Source of the DNA: Octopus vulgaris
Taxonomy: Eukaryota
Length of the DNA: 64,000 nt
Direction of reading: 5' to 3'
Assembly: GCA_951406725.2 (NCBI GenBank)
Contig: OX597830.1
Location: 62,496,001-62,560,000, forward strand
Part shown: positions 27,776 to 41,344 of the stretch, piece by piece
Layout of the letters: each line of letters opens with the position of its first letter
Numbering within the stretch: the first letter of the stretch is position 1
Notes under the pieces: model-generated
What the model saw: only the letters and a program-made list of their open reading frames with translations
Database searches by the model: none
What the model was told of the DNA's origin: nothing
Made by a program: the position numbers and the translations under genes

Positions 27776-28374
27776 AGAGATATAATTGACAATCCAATAA
27801 TTTAGTTATACTAAAATTATTATATTATAATATAACATTAGTATAATTAACATGACTATAACAAATAATTATTAAAACATCTAAATGCCAACAATTTCTT
27901 TTGACTTATATCCATTCTTTGATCTATATACAATTCCCTTATATATATAAGTCTCTTCAAATGCAGAGGTATATATTATATATATATATATATACACACA
28001 TATCATCATCGTTTAACGTCCGTTTTTCCATGCTAGCATGGGTTGGATGGTTTGACCGGGGTCTGGTAAACCATGGAGGCTGCACACAAAGCTCTCATCT
28101 GATTTGGCAGAGTTTCTACAGCTGGATGCCCTTCCTAATGCCAACCACTCCGTGAGTGGAGTGGGTGTTTTTTACGTGCCACCATCACAGGGGCCAGAGC
28201 AGGCTGGCAAATGGCCACAACCAGTTTTACGTATCACCGACACGGACGCCAGTCAGGTGGCGCTGACATCTGCCACATTCGGACGGTGCTTTTTACGTTT
28301 CACAGGCACGGGTGTCTTAACTATAATTTCCATTTGATTTTTATCTGGCATATATATATATATATATATATATT

Positions 28375-30545
28375 ATGCCTCAGTCCCAATATAGAGGATG
28401 CAGAAGTACACGTACCAAAATATGCCATACTGCGAACAGACAGAAGGGAAAGGAGCCATGGTGGTGTTGCTGTATATATCCATGATGACCTCACATGCCA
28501 GGTCTTACTGTCATACTCAAATTCAGTATGTGACACTCTAATTGTATACAAAAGACAACACAATATAGTCATATGCAATACATATTGTGCACCGGATGCT
28601 CCAAACCACACAGGCAAGTTTGAAGATTGCCTCACAAGAATTAAAGAAATCCTCATGAATCTGGAACACCACGTGACCATATTTCTTATGGGTGATTTCA
28701 ACTCCCCCAACATCAAATGGCCTGAAGGCCTCATGCTCTCAGGAATGACTCATTGCAAACAAGCACAGGTGGAGTCCCTGCTCAACCTCACCAATGCCCT
28801 ATTCATGGAGCAAGTTGTACTCAGACCAACTAGGGTGAATAACATTTTGGATCTCTGCTTCACGAACAATATGGACATCGTTCATGATGTGAAAGTGACA
28901 CCGACATTAGTCTTGGATCATAACATAATAGAGCTGTCTTTGTTTTGGTCGAAAGTAGCCAGAGACACTCAGCCTAAAAGAAGCAACCGAAACATCTCCA
29001 ATCTGAACTTCCACAAAGCAGACTGGAATTTATCCAAAAAGAGATCCTCAGAGAGGACTAGCCGAAATGTCTCTCCACACCAGACATTGGCATGAAACTA
29101 GAATATTTCATGTCTGTTATGCAAGCCATATGCCAGAAATATGTCTCAGAGCACAAGGCCAAAACAAATAGGAACAAGATTCCAAGGGAGAAGAAGATCC
29201 TCATGAGACAATGGACGAAGGTTGCAAATCACCTCGACCAACATCCCAAAAGTAATTAAATGTCCCACCTAAAAACAACACTGATGGAGATTGAAAAAAG
29301 CCTGCAACAATCCTATTTGAGGGAGAGAGCAGACAAAGAAGCCTGGGTTATAAAAAACATTAAGTCAAACCTAAAGGCCTTCTTTCATTATGCTAAAGAA
29401 ACAGCCTCAGTATGCTGCAAGACAGGACCTCTCTTCCAAAAGGATGACTCCCTCACAAATAGTCCAACTAGGATCAGTGAGGTACTGAATGACCAGTTCA
29501 AAAGTGTCTTTGCCACCCCATTGGAACACAGACAAGTGAACGAACCAGTGGACTTCTTTGCCACCTCACTTATAACCAGTGAGGCAGTTACGATGGAATA
29601 CATCAACATTAGCAAAGAGGATATACTATTAACCATAGCTGAGGTGAATGCAAACTCAACTGCTGGTCCAGATGGTTTCTCAGCAATCCTACGTGCCCTG
29701 GCAAAACCCCTCCAGATTCTCTTCCAGAGCTTTCTTGCAAATGGCAGATTGCCAAGCAAGCTGAAGGCAGGAATATGTCCAATCCGTAAAGGGGGAAGCA
29801 GAACAGATGCCAAAAACTATAGGCCTATCTCTCTGACTTTACATATCAGCAAAGTCACAGAACAGATAGTCAAGAGGGAAACTAATCGCATTCCTTGATG
29901 AAAATAACTTGCTAAGTGATACCCAGCATGGCTTTCGACCAGGTAGGAGCTGCCTGACCCAGCTCTTACAACATTATGACTGGGTGTTGAGACATTTACG
30001 CAAAAACTTAAATGTGGATGTAATATACCTTGATTTTGCAAAAGCTTTTGACAAGGTGCGTCATGGTATGATATGCCACAAATTGTGTGATCTCGGCATA
30101 GCTGGAAAACTTGGAGAGTGGTTACATGACTTTCTGAAAGATAGAAGTCAGACAGTAGTGGCCAATGGAGCCACCTCAATGAAAACACAAATAGTGAGCG
30201 GTGTTCCACAGAGCACTGTCTTGGGACCACTGCTTTTCATAGTGGCCTTCTCAGATATGCCCCCAACTGCCCAGATAGCCACCCTTACTAGCTATTCAAA
30301 TGATATGAAAGTCTCACAGAAAATATAGAACCCCAGCGATGTTGCAGCAGGAGTTGGGCTCTATTTACAGATGGGCTGAGAATAATAATATGCAGTTTAA
30401 TGCTGAAAACTTCCAAGCCCTGCGCTACCAGTGTCCAAAACTGAATATGAAACTTACAGGGTACATTGGTCCACCGGGAATTACAATTCCAGAGCCTAAA
30501 TCAGTGAGGGACCTGGGTATCGACATGAGTGATGATACAGTTATT
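28375..30545 (+). mobile_element. Degenerate CR1-clade LINE ORF2 (frameshifts and stops)
   Basis: RTDRRERSHGGVAVY, GDFN, ILDLCF, NYRPISLT, QHGFRPGRSC, DFAKAFD and SGVPQSTVLGPLLF, spread over several broken ORFs. Confidence 0.92.
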
Positions 30546-30549
30546 TGAA

Positions 30550-31634
30550 CTGAATGACTGATGGTGACAGTGTGAGATGCCATTGCAACTTCTGCGACTA
30601 TTATTTTACATCTTTCATCTGTGTTTTTCTTGATCAAGAAGTTTATTTTACCGGCTTCTTTCGAAGTAGAGGCATTACTACTTTCGTGCTTTGCTGTTTC
30701 TCAGTGTTGCTTAGTATCAGACTTCCTGCCAATGTTCAATACTGAAAGTGCAATTACATGCACCATGGTTTGCTTTCTAAAGAGCTTCTGCTTTGTTTGA
30801 CAAATGTCCTTTCGCTGGAATATTCATCACGAAATTTACAATTACGTTTTGGCATCATGGAATGGATGGATTACTGGACTGTGACAAGGGGCAAGAAAAG
30901 TGGGCCCAGGGCAAATAGTAACAACACACGTTGTTGACAGTATCAAGTTGCAAACAGATCCCACGTGGGTTTTGTGCAAACTTCTAGCAACACTAGTTTC
31001 CGAGTTACATTTAGATTATTTTCATCAAGAGAATATGAAAAAAGAAAGTATAATCTTTATATATAAAAGTGAGGTTGTGTGCTGTCCGTCTCCTACGATT
31101 TTGATTCCTAACTACTCCCACATTTTGCGGTGCAGTTTAACCAAAACCGGGTATCTTATAGTCGTGATTCATATCGAGCCCTTCTGGGTATTAGCGCGCG
31201 TCTACGATGAGTCTACGATTTAAAAAAAAATTTACCATCAATTTTTCCTATTTTTAATGCATTTTTGGCATATATAAGGGAAGTAACTCTCTAAAAATGT
31301 ATTATTAAATCCCAGAACGTAAAAAGTTACAGTAACACCCCCCTTTTGTGGTTAGCCATATTGTGATGGCTATTATACTTTACATCTCTAAAAATGCTTA
31401 TATAGTTATTTCCCTTACAAACCCGAGCAACGCCGGGCGATACTGCTAGTTACTTATAAAGTTACAACTAAGAACCATAAAAAGGTAAGTAAAAATATTT
31501 TTTTATTACGAGATTTGAAAATGAACTAAATACGGGACATTTGGGGTGTCCCTGAAAAGTCAGTATGGGACAGGGGATAAAATTATCAAATATGGGACAT
31601 GTTCCGTATATATAAGGGACATCTGGCAACTCTA
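30550..31634 (-). mobile_element. hAT-like transposon 5' remnant, interrupted by a Helitron
   Basis: Terminus TAGAGTTGCCAGATGTCCC with repeated gggaca subterminal motifs; broken minus frame MPKRNCKFRDEY...C.FSI...H..TAKH...IVAEVAMASHTV. Confidence 0.7.
31054..31449 (+). mobile_element. Non-autonomous Helitron
   Basis: A|TC...cccgagcaacgccggg hairpin...CTAG|T; no TSD. Confidence 0.9.
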
Positions 31635-32120
31635 AGTTAAAGGTATGTTGCGTTTAAATAAGGGGACAGTCAAATCCTACGCTACGTCACTGATCTTTAT
31701 TCAGATTAGATATAAACATTAAATATCTTTATTCAATTCGAATGTAAAGATGCAGTAGTAAATAATGAAATGTTAATTATGAGGATTATGTTGGGTTTTT
31801 TTAATAATTTTTCAAGGGAAATAATTCCAGCACGTACATTCACTATCAGACTTATTTCCCTTTAACTGCTTAGAATGGTTATCTAAATCCGATAGATTCG
31901 TTCCGTCCATCTGTTTTTTTGTTTTAATGCTGGAATTGTCCCAATATATCACTTCTAAAATTTCCATGCAGTTCATTGCATGTGAGATAAGCATTAACAT
32001 CGATAGATTAAAACCTATATAATGAAAAGAAATTCAGCTAAAATCTGTGTGAGTTTTCTTAAATCTTCAACATGGTCGATAAGATTTCCGTCGATCACGG
32101 TTAAACCTATTTCTCTCATA

Positions 32121-32410
32121 CTAGCAGTATCGCCCGGCGTTGCTCGGATTTGTAAGGGAAATAACTATATAAGCATTTTTAGAGATGTAAAGTATAATAG
32201 CCATCTCAATATGGCTAACCACAAAGGGGGGGGGTACTGTAGCTTTTTACGTTCTGAGATTTAATAATAAATTTTTAGAGAGTTACTTCCCTTATATATG
32301 CCAAAAATGCATTAAAAATGGGAAAAATTGATAGTAAATTGTTTTTAAAATCGTAGACTTATCGTAGACGCGCGCTAATACCCAGAAGGGCTCGATATGA
32401 ATCACAACTC
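32121..32410 (-). mobile_element. Non-autonomous Helitron, same family, 5'-truncated
   Basis: Reverse complement of the 3' part of 34100-34495. Confidence 0.88.
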
Positions 32411-32738
32411 TAGGCAAGAAGTTGAACATTTTTTTTGTCCATGAAACTACATGGACCCTAAGTAAGGCATGTGTAAAATTTGAATGAAATTGGTTGTGTA
32501 GTTCTCAAGTATTAGGGAATCGTATTGGAGAAGATATGATATTGCTGTGGGCTCGCCCTAGGCAAAAAGTTAAAAATTACCTTATATATATATATATATA
32601 TTTTTTCTATAACCTCTGTTGTAGAAAACACAGTCCCGCCTGTGTGGCAAGAAGCCTGTTGCTTAGCTATATGGTTCTGGGTTTAGCACCACTGTGTGAC
32701 ACCAGATTTCTCCTACTATAGCTGCCCCGTGTGTGTGC

Positions 32739-32777
<39 letters not shown>

Positions 32778-32872
32778 TGCATGCGTGTGTGGCTGTGTTT
32801 GTGCTTGTCCAAAAACCCGAATGGGTGTCATTGCAAAGAGATTATCTGTTTTGAACAAGAGAAAAAGAAATT

Positions 32873-33663
32873 GGATCTTTTCCTTTATAACGACACATGT
32901 CAACACAATTTCTAGTTAACTAAACACTTTTAAACTTCGTATACTGGTAGAATGTTTATAAAACATCATTTTTTCTTGGCTTTATTGAGAAAATATTATA
33001 TGTTGTAACATATTTCCACTTTAATTTCAAGCATTTCGGCAATTTTAACCAATCGCTGACCTCCATTTTGGGTGAAAACATTCTGTGCTGTATGAATATG
33101 TCCCTCGTTTAAGAAACAGATTGGGTTTATTTACATTTGCGAAGAAAAAAAGATACCCTTCCCCCGCCCCTAACCCTAACTATAACCCTAAATCTAAAAT
33201 AGATTGAAATGCAATAGATCGATACTAGGGTTATAATTATGGGTGTCATTTTCATTTGACACCGCTAGAAAAAATCCCATTTTCCGTAGCGGTGTCGTAT
33301 GAAATTGTCACCCATAATTATAACCCTAGTATCGATCTATTGCATTTCAATCTATTTTAGATTAGGTTAGGGTTAGGGTATCTTTTTTTCTTCGCAAATG
33401 TAAATAAACCCAATCTGTTTCTTAAACGAGGGACATATTCATACAGCACGGAATGTTTTCACCCCAAATGGAGGTCAGCGATTGGTTAAAATTGCCGAAA
33501 TGCTTGAAATTAAAGTGGAAATATGTTACAACATATAGTATTTTCTCAATAAAGCCAAGAAAAAATGATGTTTTAAAAACACATTTTACCAGTATACGAA
33601 GTTTAAAAGTGTTTAGTTAACTAGAAATTGTGTTGACATGTGCCGTTCAAAAGGAAAAGATCC
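32873..33663. mobile_element. Foldback DNA transposon (about 390-bp arms) with 8-bp TSD and internal telomeric repeats
   Basis: AAGAAATT|GGATCTTTTCCTTT...AAAGGAAAAGATCC|AAGAAATT; arms pair up to a short loop at about 33268-33286. Confidence 0.9.
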
Positions 33664-34099
33664 AAGAAATTTTATCTCACCTCCTCCATCTCTCTCTCTC
33701 CCACTGTACACACACACATGCGAGTGCGTCTGTGTATGTATACAATTCACGCACAAAAAAAATACATATACGTACAATCATACACATACAAGCATAAACA
33801 TACGCATACATTCACACAAAACCACTAGGAAAAATAATTAAACTCTTAACCTTTATTTAATTAACCATGTCTCTTTGACATAAATTCCTGTGGCCAAAAT
33901 ACTGAGCACCGAATTCTTTTACACATTTAGCCTTTTGACTTTATCACTTTTGTTTTATTTTTTGCTTTCTTTAACACACAAATAAAATACACTTTATTGA
34001 AATAAAAAAGTTTCCGCAAAATTAAACATATATAAAGCATATTTATTTATAGCAACTCACACACACACACATACATATATATTTGCATATATATATAAA

Positions 34100-34495
34100 T
34101 CTTTATATATAAAAGTGAGGTTGTGTGCTGTCTGTCTCCTACGATTTAGATTCCTAACTACTCCCACATTTTGCGGTGCAGTTTAACCAAAACCGGGTAT
34201 CTTATAGTCGTGATTCATATCGAGCCCTTCTGGGTATTAGCGCGCGTCTACGATGAGTCTACGATTTAAAAAAAAATTTACCATCAATTTTTCCCATTTT
34301 TAATGCATTTTTGGCATATATAAGGGAAGTAACTCTCTAAAAATTTATTAAATCTCAGAACGTAAAAGGCTACAGTAACACCCCTCCCCCTTTGTGGTTA
34401 GCCATATTGAGATGGCTATTATACTTTACATCTCTAAAAATGCTTATATAGTTATTTCCCTTACAAACCCGAGCAACGCCGGGCGATACTGCTAG
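34100..34495 (+). mobile_element. Non-autonomous Helitron, same family
   Basis: A|TC...hairpin...CTAG|T; near-identical to 31054-31449. Confidence 0.9.
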
Positions 34496-34743
34496 TATAA
34501 TATATATACATACATACAATTCACCATACACTTACACAACCACACACACACACAAATATTTTACCTAAGCATTTACAATATAAACACTCCCAACATTCAC
34601 AAGGTTGACCCAAGCAATTTTTGATAAATAGATTTATGTTTTGGTATCTTGTGTCACTAAAGTATAGAAAGTATGTTTTTTTTTATAAGGAGCATTTTTA
34701 TGTAGTTTTTTTTAAACTTCAGGAGACCACCTTCATGAAATTT

Positions 34744-35105
34744 CGCGGAGTGGTTGTGTGGTAAGTAGCTTGCTTACCAACCACATGGTTCCGGGTTCAT
34801 TCCCACTGCGTGGCACCTTGGGCAAGTGTCTTCTACTATAGCCTCTGGCCGACCAAAGCCTTGTGAGTGGATTGGTAGACGGAAACTGAAAGAATACCGT
34901 CGTATGTATATATATGTCTCCCCTAACATCGCTTGATAACCGATGCTGATGTGTTTACGCCCCCGTAACTTAGCTGTTCGGCAAAAGAGACCGATAGAGT
35001 AAGTAGTAGGCTTACAAAGAATAAGTCCTGGGGTCGATTTGCTCGACTAAAGACAGTGCTCCAGTATGGCCGCAGTCAAATGACTGAAATAAGTAAAGAG
35101 TAATG
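34744..35105 (+). mobile_element. SINE family B copy
   Basis: Colinear with 39971-40372. Confidence 0.85.
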
Positions 35106-35829
35106 AGTATAGGATGTGACCTCCTTGAGCGCAGGATCCGATTGGGAGCAATCGATCCAATTGGCTTAAGGCCAGCTCTGCTTGGCTGTTCCCACGCCTC
35201 AACCTCGTAATTATTTATGGTAATGCCGTCAGTATTTTGACGACAAAACTACAAGAGTGTGCACCATGGCCTCAACTTAGTTTCCCCATAACTTTCTGGG
35301 AAATTATATTTCCACCTCCCCGATAAAGTTTTTCGCAATAAATTTCGATATATTCGTAATCTACACCATCTGAAATTAAAAGATTTATTTAAAAATATCG
35401 AATATTGTTCCATCATAACTTCCTTCAGAAAGTTATGAGGGAACAATATCCGAAGAGGGAACACTTCTGAATTATGTCGACATCTCTTATTGTGGTGTAA
35501 AATTGAGAGAGAGGGTATAACTTTTTATTTCATCTATTTATTTACTGATTTCTTTTGTTAGTTGTAATTCTATTAATTGTTTACATACGTAAATTGTCTT
35601 ATTTTCCTATGGACAAATGTGTTTTAATAGATTTACTTAACTTTTTAGCATTCAAATTACAGTCAACTGTAATGCTTATTTACTCAAATTATTTTTAATA
35701 TGATGATGTGATTGTTTATTTTTAGGATGATATTGTAGGGTAGGTGTGAGAGCCCGGATCTGGCCAGTTTGAACACAAAAGAGCAGAATATTTGAAGGTG
35801 ACACGTCTGGTTTTAATGCTAAAGGCTTA

Positions 35830-37860
35830 AAAGAGAAAGGAAACCCGTCAGTTTACCCGGTCCAAATCGGAAGTGGATTATTTTCGGTCGACACCGGCCA
35901 CCATTTTTCTGACTTTATTTTGACAATTTCAACCAAATCCTTCTGAATGAACATCTGTTTATTGTTGTGGCAAGTAAGTACACTTTATTTCATGTTTCCT
36001 TCTGTAGTTTCATCTTTCATCTGTCTGCTTCTATCCATATCTCACACAATTAATGGCTCTACAGAAAGAAAACGATTCCCCACACACAGAGACATAAAGT
36101 GGAGAAGTTGTGACATTTATGACTTTCTCAAGAACATTTGCAGGACGTTCGAACTCCCGTTTGCTTTATTCCCTTAAATCTTAAGGCTGCAAACATAACA
36201 ATATAATTAACGAGGCAAGAAGTTACCTGCAGGTCTTTTTATAGTGTATGCAATGTTTTAGTTGACACATCTTTGTCCCGAGGATCCAAAAAAAATTTTA
36301 AAAAAACGAAAGTATTTGCCTTGTGGGGGGGGGGCTTTCCAGGTCAAAGTGAAACTACTTTTACTTTTTGAAACAAGATGTGTCCTCCCATGGCAAATTG
36401 TTGATATGTCGGTGTGGACGAAAGGGCGAATACGACGAAGAAGATCGTGATTTTGCAGGACCGTAATTGTGCCTCGTGTCTTATATTTACTCTTCATCCC
36501 TCTCTCATCTGTTAAACATTCGATACACTTATTTATCGAAGTCAATAGCTTCGCTTTGCTCACGTTAATTATGGATATAATCAAAGTTGCCAAACATGTA
36601 CGAAAACAGAGAAACGGTATACTACCATTCGCACAAATTACAGATTATTATTTTCCATAAGTAATTATTAAGGATTAATTAAACTGGCTTAATTACCGTT
36701 CTATAGTATATTTGTCGATCTTTCGGTTAAACCGAAGGATCGCCGTATATTTAAACTTATCTACAGTCTTTATTGAAAATAATAATCTGATATAGTTTAG
36801 ATAATTTAATAATTAGGCATAGTTTCATCGCATTAAAACACAAATCCCAAACCAAAGAAAACATAAACAAGAGCAAAGACGGGGAGGAGAAGAAAGAAAG
36901 AAACATCAATAGTATATTTTATAGACGAAACACAATATAATTTTTGTAGACATTCTGGGATTCCGCACGTGTAATGTAAAACATACGGCGAAGGTAAAGA
37001 ATACGAGTTAGGGTTACGCCGAAAATGGGTGGTGTGCGTATTCTTAACCTTCGCCAAAAATACTTTATGATTAGTTAGACTAATTAAACTAAGCTGACTT
37101 ATTTACCTGTTTTACCTTACCTTTATGGTAAATTTTTACAATAAATTTACCGATTGTATTAATAAAACATCATATTTTAAAATTGTTGTAAATATTCCAT
37201 GATTTTCACATGTGCTGTGTACATAATACTTCATGGCCCCGTGATTATTAAGTCTAATTAAATTGACTTTATTACCTGTTTTATAGTATATTTTTATTGA
37301 CAATAAAACACCACACTTTATAATTTTTGCAGAAATTCCTGGCATTCCCTCATGTAGTACATGGCTCTTTCCATGTTGTATCGGAGGTCGTTGTTTACGT
37401 ATACATTCGACTAGTTTAGCTTATATATATATATATATATATTATATATATTTATATCAACTTTAGTTACATCTTGTATGCTTCATGGCCGACGGGGGAA
37501 GCTGATGTTGTAAAAAGTAGCGGGACAAATTGTTATTCAGAAAATTAAGATGGTTTTTAAATATCTCCAACACAAGGGCTTAAAGAAGAAGAAGAAGAAG
37601 AATTGAGGATTTCTCGTTTAAACAAAAAACGAAAGGATTAGCGTTTTGCTTTGTAACCTGAAATAACAGTGGTTTCACTTTCCGGATCGTAAAGCAAAAG
37701 ATTACTGAGGAATTTAATTACCCTATTTTGTTTTCTCGTTGATAAAGAATGAGTTACAGAGTTTAAAAAAAAAATCCTTAATGTTTTCTGGGGAGACTGA
37801 AATTTGCCATTTTGTGAAGCACTGCACTTATCTGAAATCAGTTTGACGAGGTAAATATCT
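35830..37860. promoter_or_regulatory. SINE-free, CpG-retaining region; candidate promoter and 5' UTR exon of the downstream gene
   Basis: Many CpGs relative to the flanks; ETS-like CGGAAGTG at 35868; donor-like GAG|gtaaat at 37850. Confidence 0.4.
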
Positions 37861-39518
37861 TCATTCAGATAGGGTCCTGAAAACGAAATATCGATTTATT
37901 AGTTTTAATTCGGCCTATTTTATACATACAGGCTGGACTCTCTATTCAGCAACTCCACTCAAATCAATTCCAATACAATAAGTCCTGATGATAGAATTGT
38001 GTTTTATTTTGGGACGGTCATTATACTAATAATAAACACTGCCTGGTACCTTGAGCAAGTGTCTTCCACTATAGCCTCAGGCCGACCAAAGCCTTGTGAG
38101 TAGACTTGGCAGACGGAAACTGAAAGAAGCCCGTCGTTTATATATATGTGTGTGTTTGTGTGTCTGTGTTTGTCCCTCCAACATCACTTGACAACCGATG
38201 CTGGTGTGTTTGCATCCCCGTAACTTAGCGGTTCGGCAAAAGAGACCGATAGAATAAGTACTAGGCTTACAAAGAATAAGTCCTTGGGTCGATTTGCTCG
38301 ACTAAAGGTGGTGCTCCAGTATGGCCACAGTCAAATGACTGAAACAAGTAAAAGAGTAAAAGAATATATATACATACACACACACATATATATATATATG
38401 TTATCAAGTGTTGCTGTAATTTCTGCCTCATATAAGACGGATTTAATCATGTACCCCTAGGTGGGTGGGTGGGTAGGTTCATGAGTCTTTACGGTTACAA
38501 CAGGTGTTTACCTGTAATGATGCTTTTTAAACTGAGCCAGCAGCTATAAGATAATTTTACTGAGCACCCATTCATTATGCACCCACACATACATATATAG
38601 ATGTTCACTCATATATAAAGAGAGTGTAGAGAGAGGTGAGAGACAGATATATATTTCTTTACTATCCGCAAGGGGCTTAACAGAGAGGGAGCAAATTTGA
38701 ACCCAGAACGTAACGGCAGACGAAATACGGCTACGCATTTCGCCCGACATGCTAATGTTTCTGCCAGCTCGCCGCCTTAAGAGACATATATTAATGCATA
38801 TTGACAAACGTTTTTGCACATTTAAAGTAATCCCTCACCATATCACAGTTTGCTACTCTGTGGTAGTCTGCATTTATCATCATCATCATCGTTTAACGTT
38901 CGTTTTCCATGCCAGGATGGATTGGACGGTTTGACCGAGGTCTGGAGAGCCAGCAGCTGCACCAGGCTCCAATCTGATCTGGCAATGTTTCTACAGCTGG
39001 ATGCTCTTCCTAACGCCAACCACTCCAAGAGTGTAGTGGGTGCTTTTTATGTGCCATTGGTACAGGAGCCAGTTGGGGCACTGGCATCGGCCATGCTCAG
39101 ATGCTGCTTTTTACATGCCAGTGGCACAGGAGCCAGTTAGGGGCCACTGGCATTGGCCACGTTTGGATGGTGCTTTTTACATACCATCAGCACAGGACCC
39201 AGTCAAGTGAACCTGGCATCGACCATGTTTGGATATATATACAAATTATAAAAATAATAAAAAAATGTATATGCAATACAGTACTGGATTTTCAACTATT
39301 ATGGAGGTGGGGTGGAACATAAGACATGCGATGATAGTCGAGGGATTACTGTGTGTGTATCATCATCATCATCATCATCATACGCCCGTTCTCCATGCTA
39401 GCATGGGTTGGACGGTTCGACTGGGGATCTGGGAAGCTAGAAGGCTGCACCAGGCTCCAGTCTTATCTGGCAATGTTTCTACAGCTGGATGCCCTTCCTA
39501 ACACCAACCACTCCGTGA

Positions 39519-39567
<49 letters not shown>

Positions 39568-39970
39568 TGTATGTGCGCTTGTGAGTGTGCCTACCACATC
39601 AGGCAAGCCCCTTGCAGTATTTCTTTCAAACTCATAATATTGAGAGTTCCAGTTCCTCCAAGGTCAACTTTGCCTTTCATCCTTTCCCTATTGATAAAAT
39701 AAAGTAGCAGTCTGAAAGTTGGGGTCATTGGTCTCGACCAATCGCCCCCCCCTCCAAAGTTCTGGTCTTCTGCCTAAATTACAACCCATTAATAAACAAT
39801 CACATCATTGAAATCTCAAAGCTACAAGCTGTTGCATGATTAATTAAAATCAATGTGACTGAATAAGCTTTGCATTTGACAGAGTAATCTGAATGCCAAA
39901 GGGTTAATCAATTAAACAACCTACAAAAACTGCAGCTGCCCACCATACATATTAAAGATCTGTAGCAATT

Positions 39971-40146
39971 AGGCGTAGGAGTGGCTGTGTGGTAAGTAGC
40001 TTGCTTACGAACCACATGGTACCGGGTTCAGTCCCACTGCATGGTTCCTTGGGTAAGTGTCTTCTACTATATAGCCTCGGGCCGACCAAAGCCTTGTGAG
40101 TGGATTTAGTAGACGGAAACTGAAAGAAACCCGTCGTACATATGTG

Positions 40147-40189
<43 letters not shown>

Positions 40190-40372
40190 TTGTCTCCCCC
40201 AATATTGCTTGACAACCGATGGTGGTGTGTTTACGTCTCAGTAACTTAGCGGTTTAGCAAAAGAGATCAGTAGAATAAGTACTAGGCTTACAAAGAATAA
40301 GTCCTGGGGTCGATTTGCTTGACTAAAGGTGGTGCTCCAGCATGGCCAAAGTCAAATGACTGAAACAAGTAA
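39971..40372 (+). mobile_element. Full-length tRNA-derived SINE family B (CORE-like accttgggcaagt, central microsatellite)
   Basis: A box tggctgtgtgg, B box ggttcagtcc; 3' end ccagcatggcc..agtcaaatgactgaaacaagt. Confidence 0.85.
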
Positions 40373-41127
40373 TTCCAATGTCACTTGTTAACAATGAGAT
40401 ATGAATTTATTATAAGAGAGATTTTGCTTTTCAAAATCTATGTCAGAATTCATTTTTTATTACTGCTCTAAATAGTCACACCTTGTTTGACCTAAAAAAA
40501 ATCATTCTTCTCAAAATCCTAATTTTCTTTTATTTCTCAATAAAAGCAATCAATATAGTTTACTTTCCACTCTGTCGAGTAATAATTATTTTTTGGAAGG
40601 TTTCCATGTTGTGGATGTTTAACCAAGTGCAATGACCTTGCTGCTTTGCATAAAATTTATCGGCCATAAGATCAAAAGCCTGTTGTTATATTTATAAATG
40701 ATTTTGATATGTTCTAAGAATAAAATATATTTGTGTAATTGTGAGTAGCAGAGATCAGAATAATTCTTGTTTATTTGAGTCTTTGACCTAGTTTTGGTCT
40801 CCGTTTTGCTAGAAGTCTTTTGAAAAGCATTGCTTATCACTATTCCACTCTCTCTAAAAATCTTGGGCTTTATACTTGCCTGGAGATAGAAAGAAGCCAC
40901 TTACAGATATATATATAATGTTTATTTAATTTATTGATTTTTTAAAAAATATTTATTATAGTATATTTAAATTCTTTCTATATAATAAAATGTCTTTCAC
41001 TATTGAATTGCATAATAGAGGTTATTTCTCTAAATTATATATACATATATCATATATATACCGGAGTAAACACATAAATGTGAAACAAGGTGGAAAAAAG
41101 AGTACTCAAATAACCAGTGGCAGAGTA

Positions 41128-41344
41128 ATATGCTTTATTTAAAGCAGCAGAAAATTCAACAAAACCAGTTACTCTGAGTTTCCCGTTGCCGTTCATCGGA
41201 CAGTTTTTGCTAGAATAGACCCTATATGTCAATTCTATCCAGACATATCGGTTCCATTCTAGCAAAAACTGTCCGATGAACGGCAACGGGAAACTCAGAG
41301 TAACAGGTTTTGTTGAATTTTCTGCTGCTTTAAATAAAGTATAT
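41128..41344. mobile_element. Young foldback repeat with a hammerhead motif in each arm
   Basis: Near-perfect arms of about 90 bp; aaaactgt-CCGATGA-acggcaacgg-GAAA-ctcagagta-acaggtttt. Confidence 0.7.

Noticed and set aside
33168-33378. True telomere or chromosome fusion site
   Set aside because: Only a few units, inside a TSD-flanked element, and the orientation is opposite to an end-to-end fusion.
36258-36660. ORFs in the CpG-rich region
   Set aside because: No recognisable motifs and no strong phase-compatible splice path to known exons.
37985-38015. CTGATGA motif
   Set aside because: No stem II or GAAA follows, so it is not a hammerhead.
39975-40045. tRNA-like A and B boxes
   Set aside because: They are SINE heads; no cloverleaf, and each is followed by the SINE body.
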